DNA of 64,000 nt from the NCBI GenBank assembly GCA_963785085.1, contig CAWAUD010000007.1:132506-196505 (forward strand), written 5' to 3'. Below are positions 42,801-52,409 of the stretch, one piece after another. Source of the DNA: an uncultured Solirubrobacterales bacterium (lineage in GTDB: Bacteria; Actinomycetota; Thermoleophilia; Solirubrobacterales; JBBDJG01). The notes beneath the pieces are model-generated. The model did no database searches. It worked only from the letters and a program-made list of their open reading frames with translations, and was not told the origin of the DNA. Both the position numbers and the translations under genes were made by a program. Numbering within the stretch: position 1 is the first letter of the stretch; the number at the start of each line of letters is the position of its first letter.

Positions 42801-42916
42801 GCCGGATCAATGGCCGGCCGCTGAAGGCGGGCCCCTACCGGGTGACCGCTTACGTCAGCGACCTGGCGGGCAACCGGTCACGCCTGCTGAGCACGAAGTT
42901 CGCCATCCTGCGGTAG
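39859..42916 (+). pseudogene. Large secreted protein: six NHL repeats plus five RTX-type (hemolysin Ca-binding) modules of about 80 aa, a Gly13 spacer and a basic C-terminal domain; frame break near 42040
   Basis: Signal 'ARLLVLACAVVAPAAVATPSALA'. NHL cores 'YVADFGNNRIQKF', 'FVADGGNNRVQVF', 'LVADWGNNRIQKF', 'YVADYNNHRVQKF', 'FVVDSHNNRVQEF', 'FVSDSGNNRIERF'. 'GGxGxD' runs follow. The reading continues in ORF 42101..42916. Confidence 0.82.
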
Positions 42917-42922
42917 GCAGCA

Positions 42923-44582
42923 TTGGGCCGCTTCTCCCCCAGTAACCTCGCGACGCGAAGGCTGCAGCCGCTCCAGCGGTCAGTCGTGGTCGACGGAGCG
43001 ACCATCGCTCTGGCGGCGGGTGCCGTCTACGGGCTCCTCGTCGATCGCGCTGTCGCCGCGGTCGCGCAGGATCCCGGACCGCTAGCGGTCGCCCCCTGCG
43101 TCGCCGCCATCGCGATGCTCGCCTTTTGCGGCTGGATCGCCGCACTCACCGGCCGGCGTCCCGACGGAGGCATCTCGCTGGCGCTGACCGGCCTTGCGGT
43201 CGCCACGTTGGCCTCGACCTACGCGGCCCTGCTGGGCGCGCAGGGCAAGCCCGGTGCCGCGGTGGGGCTCGCCGGCGGCTGGCTCGTCGCAGCCGTGCTC
43301 GTCTGCGCGGGCGCATCGCTTCCCGCGGAAGCTCACCCAGCCTCGCTGGACGGCGCCAAGCGCCTCAGGTCGACTTCGTTCGCAGCCGGCGTGTCGCTCG
43401 CGGTGATGGCCGCCGCCGGGGCGATTCCGGTCGATGCGGCCTGCGTGGTCGCAGCCGCAGCCGCCGTCGTGACGGTCATCGTCCGCGCTCGTCTCTCCTA
43501 CGCGGAGAACGTCGACAGCTACATGCAGGCCCGGCACGAAGCCCAGACCGACGCGCTCACCGGGCTCGGCAACAGGCGGAAGCTGATGACCGACCTCCAG
43601 CACGAGCTGCGCGGAGCGACGACGCGGTCTCCCCGCGTGCTGGCGCTCTTCGACCTCGACGGGTTCAAGCGCTACAACGACACCTTCGGGCATCCGGCCG
43701 GTGACACGCTGCTGATCCGCCTCGGAGCCAACCTCGGCCGCGCCATCGGCCCGTATGGCAGCGGCTATCGCCTCGGCGGCGACGAGTTCTGCGTGCTCGT
43801 GACCCGTGGCGGCGCCTCCGCCAAGACGGTGATCGGCCTGGCCGCCGCAGCGCTGTCCGACCATGGCGGCGGATTCGCGGTGAAGGCCTCGCACGGCGCC
43901 GTGATGCTTCCGCACGAGGCTCGGGATGCGGCCGGCGCGATCCTGGTCGCGGACCAGCGCATGTACGCGCACAAGGAGAGCCGTCGCGCCTCGGCCACGC
44001 GCCAGACCCGCGACATCCTCCTGCAGGTGCTGAGCGAGCGCGCACCCGACCTCGGCGCCCACATCAAGGAGGTCGCGATGATGGCGCGCGGAGTCGGAAC
44101 ACGCCTGGCGCTCGAGTCGCGAGGAGCTGGACGAGGTCGTCCGCGCGGCGGAGCTGCACGACGTCGGCAAGATGGCGGTGCCCGACGAGGTGCTGAACAA
44201 GCCCGGCCCGCTGACCGACGAGGAATGGAACTTCATCCGCCAGCACACGATCGTCGGTGAGCGGATCCTGAGCGCCGCGCCGGCACTGACGCCGGTCGCC
44301 AAGCTCGTGCGCGCCAGCCACGAGCGCTGGGACGGCGCCGGCTACCCCGACGGGCTCGCCGGTGATGAGATTCCGCTCGGCGCCCGCATCGTTGCCGTCT
44401 GCGACGCGTTCCACGCGATGACCGCCGCACGTCCGTACCGGACGCCGCTTCCCGTCGATGAGGCGATCGGGGAGCTACAGCGCAACGCAGGCGTCCAGTT
44501 CGACCCCGAAGTCGTGAAGGCCTTCGTCGACGAGCTGTCGGCAATGGCGGTGCGCACCCGCGCCGCCGCCGCGGCCCGGTAG
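42923..44582 (+). pseudogene. Membrane-anchored GGDEF (diguanylate cyclase) plus HD-GYP protein; frame break near 44118
   Basis: About 6 TM segments. 'DALTGLGNRRKL..LFDLDGFKRYNDTFGHPAGD..YRLGGDEFCVL'. Then (frame 44172) 'AAELHDVGKMAVPD...HTIVGERIL...HERWDGAGYPDGL'. Confidence 0.82.
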
Positions 44583-44583
44583 G

Positions 44584-44618
44584 CCACCGCCTACCGCCTG
44601 CCGCCTACCGCCTACCTA
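44584..44618 (-). repeat. Variant heptamer array; minus strand reads TAG-GTA GGCGGTA GGCGGCA GGCGGTA GGCGGTG from the carboxypeptidase stop
   Basis: It fills the whole 33-nt spacer between the two convergent stop codons (TAG 44580-44582 and CTA 44616-44618). Confidence 0.85.
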
Positions 44619-45605
44619 CCTGACGGCGGCGAAGCCGCGATCGAGCACCCGCTCCGCCTGGTCCCCGGCGTCGTAGGAGTGCAGCAGCACGACTCCCAGC
44701 TCCGTCGAGCCGCGCCGGGCGGTGGCGACGATCGTCTGCCCGGCCCGGTCGGTGTATCCGGTCTTCAGTCCCGTCGCGCCACGGTAGTGCGTCCGCACGA
44801 GCGGATTGTGGTTGTAAAGGAACAGGCGGCCGCCCTTGATCGGGAACTTCAGGATCGCCTCATCCCGGCGAACGATGCGCCGGATCCGCCGGTGATGGAG
44901 ATCGGCTCTTGCGATCGCGGCGAGGTCTGCGGCGCAGGAATGATTCCCCTGGTCCTCGAGCCCGTGCGGGGTCGTGAACCGCGTGCACGAGAGCCCCATC
45001 TCCCTGGCTCGGCGATTCATGCCGGCGACGAACGCCGGCACGGTGCCCGAGACGTGCTGGGCGAGCGCGACGGCGGCGTCGTTGCCGGAGACCAGCAGCA
45101 GGCCGTTCATCAGCGCCTCGAGCTGGACCCGCTTCCCCTTCGGCAGCACACCCACGGCAGACCCCGGCGTGTGGGTCGCGCGCCTCGTGATCCGCACTCG
45201 CTCGTGAGCATCGTGCTCGACCGCCAGCAGCGCGGTCATCATCTTCGTGAGGCTGGCGATCGGGAGGCGTCGCTCCGGAGCCAGCCGCCAGAGGACGCGC
45301 CCGGTGCGTACGTCGAACAGCAGCCCGGCCCGTGGCGCGCGCCCGAAATGGACATGCATGATGTCCGGCTTGGAGAGGTCGACCGCGAAGCGGGTGCTGC
45401 CCTCCTCGGCGCGGACGGCCCGGCCGGCGCCTGCCGCCCCGTCGAGCAGGGGCTTCGGGGTCGCGGCTCCGGACTGCACCGGGCCCGAGCTGGTTCCCGA
45501 GTCATTGCCGAGCTCGCTTGCGAGTGCCAGAGGCACCCCGACCACGACGGCCAGGAGCGCGACGGTGAGAGCCGCCCGCCACGGCAACGCGCGGCGGCGG
45601 CTCAC
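44616..45605 (-). CDS. D-alanyl-D-alanine carboxypeptidase (peptidase S11, PBP5 type)
   Basis: 'IASLTKMMTA' (SxxK), 'VSGNDAA' (SxN), 'LKTGYT' (KTG). Start set at GTG 45605, giving signal peptide 'SRRRALPWRAALTVALLAVVVGVPLALA'. The longer ORF would overlap the rhomboid gene. Confidence 0.8.
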   Translation of the reverse strand: MSRRRALPWRAALTVALLAVVVGVPLALASELGNDSGTSSGPVQSGAATPKPLLDGAAGAGRAVRAEEGSTRFAVDLSKPDIMHVHFGRAPRAGLLFDVRTGRVLWRLAPERRLPIASLTKMMTALLAVEHDAHERVRITRRATHTPGSAVGVLPKGKRVQLEALMNGLLLVSGNDAAVALAQHVSGTVPAFVAGMNRRAREMGLSCTRFTTPHGLEDQGNHSCAADLAAIARADLHHRRIRRIVRRDEAILKFPIKGGRLFLYNHNPLVRTHYRGATGLKTGYTDRAGQTIVATARRGSTELGVVLLHSYDAGDQAERVLDRGFAAVR

Positions 45606-45708
45606 GCCGCTGGTCAGCAGCGGCGGCGCCTCGCGATCGAGGGTGCCGGTGCCGTTGCGCTGAGCGCGCCGGAGCTCGCGGGCCCTGCGGCGCCGTGCTC
45701 GCTCGCGT

Positions 45709-46539
45709 TCAGTAGACCGGATAGCGCGGTCCTCCTCCCGTGTACGTCCGGCTGCGTCGGGTTGCGAACAACTTGATCGTGGCGAGCCCGAACAGGAACC
45801 CGCCGATGTGAGCGTAGTATGCGACCCCGCCGCCACCGAGATCCCCCGGCGAGGAGAGCTGCTGCACGGCCGGCAGGAACTGCAGGAATATCCATATGCC
45901 GAGCAGGATCATGGCTGGAATCTCCACGATGAACACGAACAGCGCAAAGATCAGGGTAAGCACCCGGGCACGCGGATAAAGGAGCGCGTAGCCGCCGAGG
46001 ACCGCCGCGATGGCGCCGCTGGCCCCCACTGTGGGCGTCGTCGACCCCGCCGACAGAAGCACGTGCGTCAGCGTGGCGACCACTCCCCCGACCAGGTAGA
46101 AGATCACGAACCGGAAGCGGCCCATCGCGTCCTCGATGTTGTTCCCGAACACCCATAGGAACAGCATGTTGAAGGCGATGTGGAGCCAGCCGCCGTGCAT
46201 GAACATCGATGTCAGCAGGGTGAGATAGGCGGGCGCCTCGCGGACGTGCTTGACGGGAACGCCCTCCTGGCGGGCCTCTTGGGCGAGCGCCGTTCCCTGG
46301 CAGACCACGGTGTCGCCACCGCCCGTCGTGGGCGCCAGGCCGCAGTCACGGTCGGGGTGCTCGATCCGGTACGGGATCGCCCCGTAGCCCACCACGGGCG
46401 CCGAGGCGACGTTGTCCCCGGCCGACAGTGAGAACGACGGCCCCTGCAGGAACAGGAAGACGAACACGTTGATCGCGATGATCACCGCCGTCACCACCGG
46501 GAAGCGGTCGGTGGGAAGGTTGTCCCTGAGCGGGATCAA
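45709..46539 (-). CDS. Rhomboid-family intramembrane serine protease
   Basis: 'MFMHGGWLHIAFNMLFLWVFG', 'VGASGAIAAVLGGY' (GxSG), 'AHIGGFLFG'. Confidence 0.85.
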   Translation of the reverse strand: MIPLRDNLPTDRFPVVTAVIIAINVFVFLFLQGPSFSLSAGDNVASAPVVGYGAIPYRIEHPDRDCGLAPTTGGGDTVVCQGTALAQEARQEGVPVKHVREAPAYLTLLTSMFMHGGWLHIAFNMLFLWVFGNNIEDAMGRFRFVIFYLVGGVVATLTHVLLSAGSTTPTVGASGAIAAVLGGYALLYPRARVLTLIFALFVFIVEIPAMILLGIWIFLQFLPAVQQLSSPGDLGGGGVAYYAHIGGFLFGLATIKLFATRRSRTYTGGGPRYPVY

Positions 46540-46542
46540 GAA

Positions 46543-47563
46543 TTACTTCAGGGTGCGACGTAGGGAGCTCGCGACCGAGGAGCGCCAGGCACAGGCAGCG
46601 GCGAAGCCGCCGATATTCCCCAGACGCTGCGCGGACCGGTACCTGTTCGTCGGCGTGATACGAGCTGCGCACGAGCGCACCGGAGGCGACGGACTCGAAG
46701 CCCATGGCGTAGGCGGCCCGCTCGATCTCGGCGAACTCACCGGGCTCCCAGTAGCGGACCACCGGAAGGTGGTCGCGGGACGGCCGCAGATACTGCCCCA
46801 CCGTGAGAACCTGGACTTCGTGCTCGCGCAGGCGCTCCAGCGCGGCCAAGAGCTCGTCCATCGTCTCGCCGAGGCCGACCATCAGCCCCGATTTGGTTAT
46901 GACCTCGCTGTCCATCCCGCGGGCGTTCAGCAGGACCCGGCACGAGCGCAGGAAGTCCGAGCCGCGGCGCGCCAGCGGGTACAGTCGCGGCACGGTCTCG
47001 ACGTTGTGGTTGAAGACGTCCGGCCGCGCGTCGATCACGCGCGCCAGCGGCATCTCCTGGCCGCGGAAGTCGGGAGTCAACACCTCGACGGCGCAGGCGG
47101 GCGCCCGGTGGCGGATCGCACGGATCGTGTGGACGAAGGCGCCCGCGCCGTAGTCCGGCAGGTCGTCGCGGTCGACCGACGTCACGACGCAGTGCCGCAG
47201 GCCCATCTGCTTGACGGCATTGGCGACCCGCAGGGGCTCGGCGCGGTCCACCAGGCTCGGCACGCCCGACTTGACGTTGCAGAAGCCGCAGCGGCGCGTG
47301 CACACGTCCCCGAGGATCATGAACGTCGCGGTGCCGCGCTCCCAGCACTCACCGATGTTCGGGCAGTTGGCCTCCTCGCAGACCGTGTGGAGACCCTGGC
47401 TCCGCATCAGGTGCTTGAGGTTGCGATACACGGGGCCGCCGGGCGCCTTCACCTTCAGCCAGGGCGGCTTGCGCTCGCGGAAGTCGAGCGTTCCGCTGCC
47501 ATCGCCGCTCGAGCCGCCGGGGCGCGCACGCGAGCGCGTCACGTGTGACGTGGGAGCACTCAT
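46543..47563 (-). CDS. lipA: Lipoyl synthase; 3' end frame ambiguous (see findings)
   Basis: 'CEEANCPNIGECW', 'ILGDVCTRRCGFCNV' (radical-SAM CxxxCxxC), 'VRSSYHADEQ'. ATG 47563 is preceded by GGAGG. As read, the ORF runs on to 46346 across the rhomboid gene. The +1 frame stops at 46543. Confidence 0.88.
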
Positions 47564-48249
47564 GCGACCTCCGCCACCAGCCCCAGCTGCTCCGTCGGGA
47601 CCTCGACAAGCCGCCGCCCGAGCGCGTCCGCCAGCTCGCCGGCCGCTACCTGCGCGAACGGACCGACCTCCTGCATCGCACGCTTCTCGCGAGTCACCGA
47701 AGTAACGCGGCAATGCTCGATCCCGCAGGGAACGATCCACTCGAACGGCTGGAGGTCGTTGGAGACGTTGACGGCGAACCCGTGGGTCGTGATTCCGCGG
47801 CTGACGTGGATGCCGATCGAGCCGATCTTGCGCGGCTCCGGCGTCCACACGCCGGTCAGTCCCTCACGCGTGCCGGCCTCGACCCCGAAGCGGCCAAGCG
47901 CTGCCACCAGCGCCGACTCGAGCAGGCGCACATAGCGGTGCACGTCGTCGCGAAGAGGCCGCAGGCTGACGATCGGGTAGCCGACCAGCTGGCCCGGACC
48001 GTGGTAGGTCACCCGGCCGCCCCTGTCGGTCTCCCAGACCTCGATGCCCTGGGCGCGGTACCACTCCTCCCCCATCGGCAGCTCCGAGTCGTCCGAGCGA
48101 CGCCCGCGCGTGTAGGTGGGCGGGTGCTCCAGGCTGATCAGCACATCGGGGATGCGGCCGTCCTGCCGCGCGGCGTGCAGCTGCCGCTGAAGCGCGAGCG
48201 CCTCGCCGTACGGAACCTGGCCCAGCGCGCAGTGCCAGAGATCGGACAT
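47560..48249 (-). CDS. lipB: Lipoyl(octanoyl) transferase
   Basis: 'LISLEHPPTYTRGRR', 'TDRGGRVTYHGPGQLVGYPI', 'RKIGSIGIHVSRGITTHGFAVNV'. Confidence 0.9.
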   Translation of the reverse strand: MSDLWHCALGQVPYGEALALQRQLHAARQDGRIPDVLISLEHPPTYTRGRRSDDSELPMGEEWYRAQGIEVWETDRGGRVTYHGPGQLVGYPIVSLRPLRDDVHRYVRLLESALVAALGRFGVEAGTREGLTGVWTPEPRKIGSIGIHVSRGITTHGFAVNVSNDLQPFEWIVPCGIEHCRVTSVTREKRAMQEVGPFAQVAAGELADALGRRLVEVPTEQLGLVAEVA

Positions 48250-48978
48250 CCCGGAAGCCTAGAGCGCCATCGACAACGGCTGCTCGAGCAGCGTCCGGAC
48301 GCGGGCAAGGAACTGCGCGCCGTCGGCGCCGTAGAGAATCCGGTGGTCGCAGGCCAGCGTCACGCCCATCATCGGGCGGGCGACCACGCGGCCCGAATCG
48401 TCCACGACCGCCTTCTGCTGCAGCGCTCCGACCGATAGCAGGGCCGCCTGCGGAGGATTGATCACAGCGGAGAAGTTCGTGACGCCGTACATCCCGAGGT
48501 TCGACACCGTGAAGGTCCCCCCCGAGAGCTCCGGAGGCGTGACGGTCCCTTCGCGCACCTTGTTCGCGAGCTCGCGCGCAACGACGGCGATCTCGCCCAG
48601 CGACCTGCGGTCGGCATCGAAAATCGTGGGCACGACGAGCGCGTCGCGCGCCGCGACCGCGACCCCGACGTTGACGCGGGAGTACAGCTCGAAGTGGCCG
48701 TCGCGGTAGGAGCCGTTGGCACGGGGGAACTCCCGTAACGCGATCGCGCAGGCCTTCACCACCATGTCGTTGTAGGTCGGAGCGGGCCGCTCGTCGCCGG
48801 CGATCTTCTTCAGCTGCGAGCGCACGGCGACCGCTTCCGCCATGGCGATCTCGGTCTCCAGATAGAAGTGCGGGACGGTCGCTTTTGACTCGGCCATCCG
48901 CCGAGAGACCGTGGCCTGGAGGCGGGAAAGCTCAACAACCTGGACTTCGCCCTTGGCGCTTTCGGGTCCCGGTGGGGA

Positions 48979-49006
48979 GTCGGCAGTCGGCAGTCGGGAG
49001 TCGGCA
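48979..49006 (+). repeat. Heptamer array GTCGGCA GTCGGCA GTCGGGA GTCGGCA inside E2 linker 2, antisense to the gene
   Basis: Read directly from the sequence. Encodes 'SADSRLPTADSP' in the E2 frame. Confidence 0.9.
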
Positions 49007-49176
49007 GATTTTGCCGGCTGCGCCGTTTGAGCCGCCTGACCGGCGGCCGCTTCGACATCGGCTTTGACGATTCGCCCGCCCGGGCCGGTTCCACGTAGCG
49101 ACTCGAGCTGCACTCGCAATTCGCGCGCCATCCGGCGGGCAACGGGCGAAGCCTTGACACGCCCATCGGGCACGTC

Positions 49177-49250
49177 TGCCGTCTGCGGTCTGCGGTCTGC
49201 GGTCTTTTCTGCCGACTGCCGACTGCCGACTGCCGACTCTTTCTGCCGCC
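49177..49250 (-). repeat. Heptamer arrays inside E2 linker 1, in gene sense: GGCGGCA GAAAGA (GTCGGCA)4 GAAAA (GACCGCA)3 GACGGCA
   Basis: Read directly from the sequence. Both overlapping ORF frames translate it to the same cyclic peptides (VGSRQSA.., DRRPQTA..). Confidence 0.9.
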
Positions 49251-49544
49251 TCTTCCTTCGCGGGCGCTTCATCCTGCTGCGGCGCTGCTCCATTCATCTC
49301 ATCAGAGCTACCGATCCGCGCAATGACCTCGCCAATCGGCAGCGTGTCGCCCTCGGCCGCCACTACTTCCACGAGGACGCCGTCGTCGAGGGACTCGTAG
49401 GTCATGTTCGCCTTGTCCGTCTCGATCTCGACCAGCTCGTCGCCGCGGTGCACCTCCTCGCCGACCGACTTCAGCCAGCGCAGAATGGTGCCCTCCTCCA
49501 TCGAGTCCGACAGCCGCGGCATCGCGACGTCGAGCGGCCATCGG

Positions 49545-50529
49545 CTACACGTCCCGGATCGTCGCCAGCGCCGCCTTCACGACGTGCTCCTCGTGCGGCA
49601 TCGCCGCCTGCTCCAGGGCCTTGTGTAAGGCATCGGCACGTCCGCCCCGGTCACGCGCTGCACCGGTGCGTCGAGCCAGTCGAATGCCTGCTCCTGGATC
49701 AGCGCCGCGAGGTTGGCGCCGACGCCGCCGTGCGGCCAGCCCTCTTCGACGATCACGCAGCGGTTGGTCTTCTTGACCGAGTCGGTGATCGTGTCGAGGT
49801 CGAGCGGCCGCAGCGTGCGCGGGATCGATCACCTCCGCATCCACGTGCTCGTCGGCCGCGAGCCGCTCCGCCGCGCGCTCGGCGATCACTGCCATGCGAG
49901 AGATCCCGACGATGGTGACGTCGTCCCCTTCGCGCCGGATCGCGGCCTCGCCGAAGCGCATCGGCTCGCAGATCGTCCGGGACCTCGCCCCGCTGGCCGT
50001 AGAGACACTCGTGCTCGATGAAGATGACCGGGTTGTCGTCCCGGATCGCGGCCTTCAGCAGGCCCTTCGCGTCGGCCGCCGTCGAGGGCGCGGCGACGAG
50101 CAGGCCGGGGACCTGGAGGAACATCGCCTCGAGAGTGTGCGAGTGGGTCGGCCCGAGCTGGTGGCCTCCGCCCTGCGGGAAGCGGATCACCAGCGGCACG
50201 CGTGCCTGCCCGCCGAACATGTAGTGGATGTGCGCCGCGGAGTTGATGATCTGGTCCATCGCCAGCAGCGCGAAGTTGACGGTCATGATCTCGACGATCG
50301 GCCGCAGTCCCGCCATCGCGGCGCCGACTCCCATGCCGACGATCGTGTTCTCCGATATCGGCGTGTCGCGCACCCGCTTCTCGCCGAACTCCTCGAGCAG
50401 TCCCTCGGTGACCTTGAAGGCGCCCTGGAAGACGCCCACGTCCTCCCCCATCAGGAAGACCGACTCGTCCGCCTGCATCTCCTCGCGCATGGCCTGGTTG
50501 AGCGCCTCGCGGTAGCGGATCGTGCTCAA
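49545..50529 (-). pseudogene. 2-oxo acid dehydrogenase E1 component beta subunit; at least 3 frame breaks
   Basis: 'STIRYREALNQAMREEMQADESVFLMGEDVG..RVRDTPISENTIVGMGVGAAMAGLRPIVEIM' (frame 49753..50529). 'MRFGEAAIRREGDDVTIVGISRMAV' and the C-terminus '..ATIRDV*' are in other frames. The TTG start overlaps the E1-alpha stop. Confidence 0.8.
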
Positions 50530-51812
50530 CCTTCGTCCTCCCGCTGCGCCGCGTCCGACGGACCCGGGCCGGAAGCACCGGCCGCCTCGTCGTCACGCCG
50601 GCGCCGCTGGACGTCGCCTGCACGGCGTGCGCCGCGCCCGCCTCCGCCAGCTCGTGTGCGGTTCCGGTCTGGCCGACCTGCCGCTCGTCCTCGCCGCGGT
50701 GGACCTCGGGCGTCCGCTCGTCGATCGAGTACCAGCCACGCACCTGGTCGCCGAGCACGTAGACGTTGTCGTAGAGGCATTCGAGCGGCGGATCGGGGCT
50801 CGACTCAGCGAACTCGACCGCCTCGTCGACCTCCGCAATCGCGCGGCGGTCACCGCTCCTCGACGCCCTCCTGGTCGATGTAACCCGCCTCGATCAGACG
50901 GCGCGCGAACGACTCGATCGGGTCGCGCTCGCGCCACTGCTGCGACTTCCTCCTTGGTGCGGTAGACCTCGGGGTCCGCGGCGGAGTGCCCGCGGAACCG
51001 GTAGGTGAGGCTCTCGACCAGGGTCGGACGCCTGTCCTCGCGCGCGAGGCGCAGGTGCTCCGCGACGCACTCGCGTACGGCGAGCACGTCCATTCCGTCG
51101 ACGCGCTCGCCGGGGACGCCGAGACACTCCGCCTTGCTCGAGAGATCCGTGACGGCCGAGTGCCGCGAGAGCGCCGTCCCCATGCCGTACTGGTTGTTGA
51201 CGACCAGGAAGACGACCGGCAGCTTCCAGAGCGCCGCGAGGTTCATCGTCTCGCCGAACGTCCCCTGGTTCGAGGCGCCGTCGCCGAACATGCAGACCGT
51301 CACCGAATCATCGCCTCGGTAGTCGGAGGCGAGCGCGAGCCCGGCGGCGATCGGGAGGTTGCCGCCGACGATGCCGTAGCCGCCCATGAAGCGCCGCTCC
51401 GGGTCGAACAGGTGCATCGAGCCGCCGCGTCCCTTCGAAACACCGGTCGGCCTTGCCGAACAGCTCCGCCATCACGAGCTTCGGGTCGGTCCCGCGGCCG
51501 ATCGCCTGGCCGTGCTCGCGGTACGTGGTGATCAGGTAGTCCTGGTCCTGGAGCACCGACGTGACGCCGAAGATCGTCGCCTCCTCGCCGATCGCCAGGT
51601 GCAGGAAGCCGCCGATCCTTGGCCTTCATGTACATCTCCTGGGCCCGCTCCTCGAAGTGGCGGATCAGCTGCATCTTGTGCAGGACGCCGAGCGCCGTCT
51701 CGCGATCGGGAAGCTCGCGCGCGTCTTTGCCCTTGCCGTCCGGAGCCGGGCCGTTGGCCGCCTGCCTGGACTTGCGCGCTTTCGTCTGTTGGCTGGCCTT
51801 ATCGCTCGCCAT
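50526..51812 (-). pseudogene. 2-oxo acid dehydrogenase E1 component alpha subunit (TPP-binding); at least 4 frame breaks
   Basis: 'LHKMQLIRHFEERAQEMY', 'DYLITTYREHGQAIGRG', '[28 protein letters not shown]', '[40 protein letters not shown]' and '[15 protein letters not shown]' lie in several frames. Confidence 0.8.
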
Positions 51813-51829
51813 GCGTCCTCGATCTCACA

Positions 51830-52409
51830 TTACCCGGTAGCAGCCGCCGCCTTCGCAGCCTCGGGGAGGCGATCGTCACCCCAAAAGAGCTGATCGCCCA
51901 CCGCGAGGGTGGGAACTCCTATGACCCCGCGCCCCGCGGCCTCCTCGGTGGCCACGCGCAGGGCGGTCCTTCACCGATTCGCTCTCGATCGCCCCGAGCA
52001 CCGCGCGTGGGTGCAGCTCGCAGGCGGCGGCCGCGATCATGACGTTGTCGAGGTCGCTCAGGTCCCGGCCGGCGTTGAACGCCTGCCTGAAGGCCGCCAG
52101 CGAGAACGAGACCGCCTTCCCGATCTGAGCCGCGTAGGTCGCGGCTCGCATGGCCGCGAGCATGTTCCCGGGCCACGGATCGGGCCAGCGCACCTGCGGC
52201 AACCCGTATTCGGCCGCCCGCCGCTCGACTTCCTCCATGCCGGAGTCCCGCCCGTCCGTCTCGCTCCAGGAACGCCGGCCATGGATCTTGAACAGCCCGC
52301 CGAGCAGCACCGGCTGCCAGACCGGCGGCGAGGGCAACAGGGAGTTGACCCGCTCGGCCGCCAGCCACGAATAGGGCGAGCCGAGATCGAAGTAAAAGAC
52401 AGTCGGCAG
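51830..52409 (-). pseudogene. DsbA-like 2-hydroxychromene-2-carboxylate isomerase family protein; frame break near 51955 and no canonical start codon
   Basis: 'VFYFDLGSPYSWLAAERV..PVWQPVLLGGLFK' opens the protein. The end 'LRVATEEAAGRGVIGVPTLAVGDQLFWGDDRL..*' is in another frame (stop 51830-51832). Upstream the frame is open through the heptamer arrays with only a CTG (52407-52409) as a possible start. Confidence 0.55.

Larger units (their letters stand above)
48259..49522 (-). pseudogene. Dihydrolipoamide acyltransferase (E2) of a 2-oxo acid dehydrogenase complex; frame break inside the linker-1 heptamer array
   Basis: Lipoyl domain 'LSDSMEEGTILRWLKSVGEEVHRGDELVEIETDKANMTYES' (frame 48932..49522). 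PSBD 'ASPVARRMARELRVQLESLRGTGPGGRIVKADV' and catalytic 'TVSNLGMYG..LACDHRILYGADGAQFL' (frame 48259..49293). Span length is 1 mod 3. Confidence 0.85.

Noticed and set aside
38900-42916. Apparent shared basic C-terminal domain between the PKD protein and the NHL/RTX protein
   Set aside because: On closer reading the two tails have different motifs ('CRGRGCPFK..VRFRKMERRLLRGG' versus 'RSKCVRATKRNKTKPTCRRY..YRVTAYVSDLAGNRS'). The similarity is compositional only.
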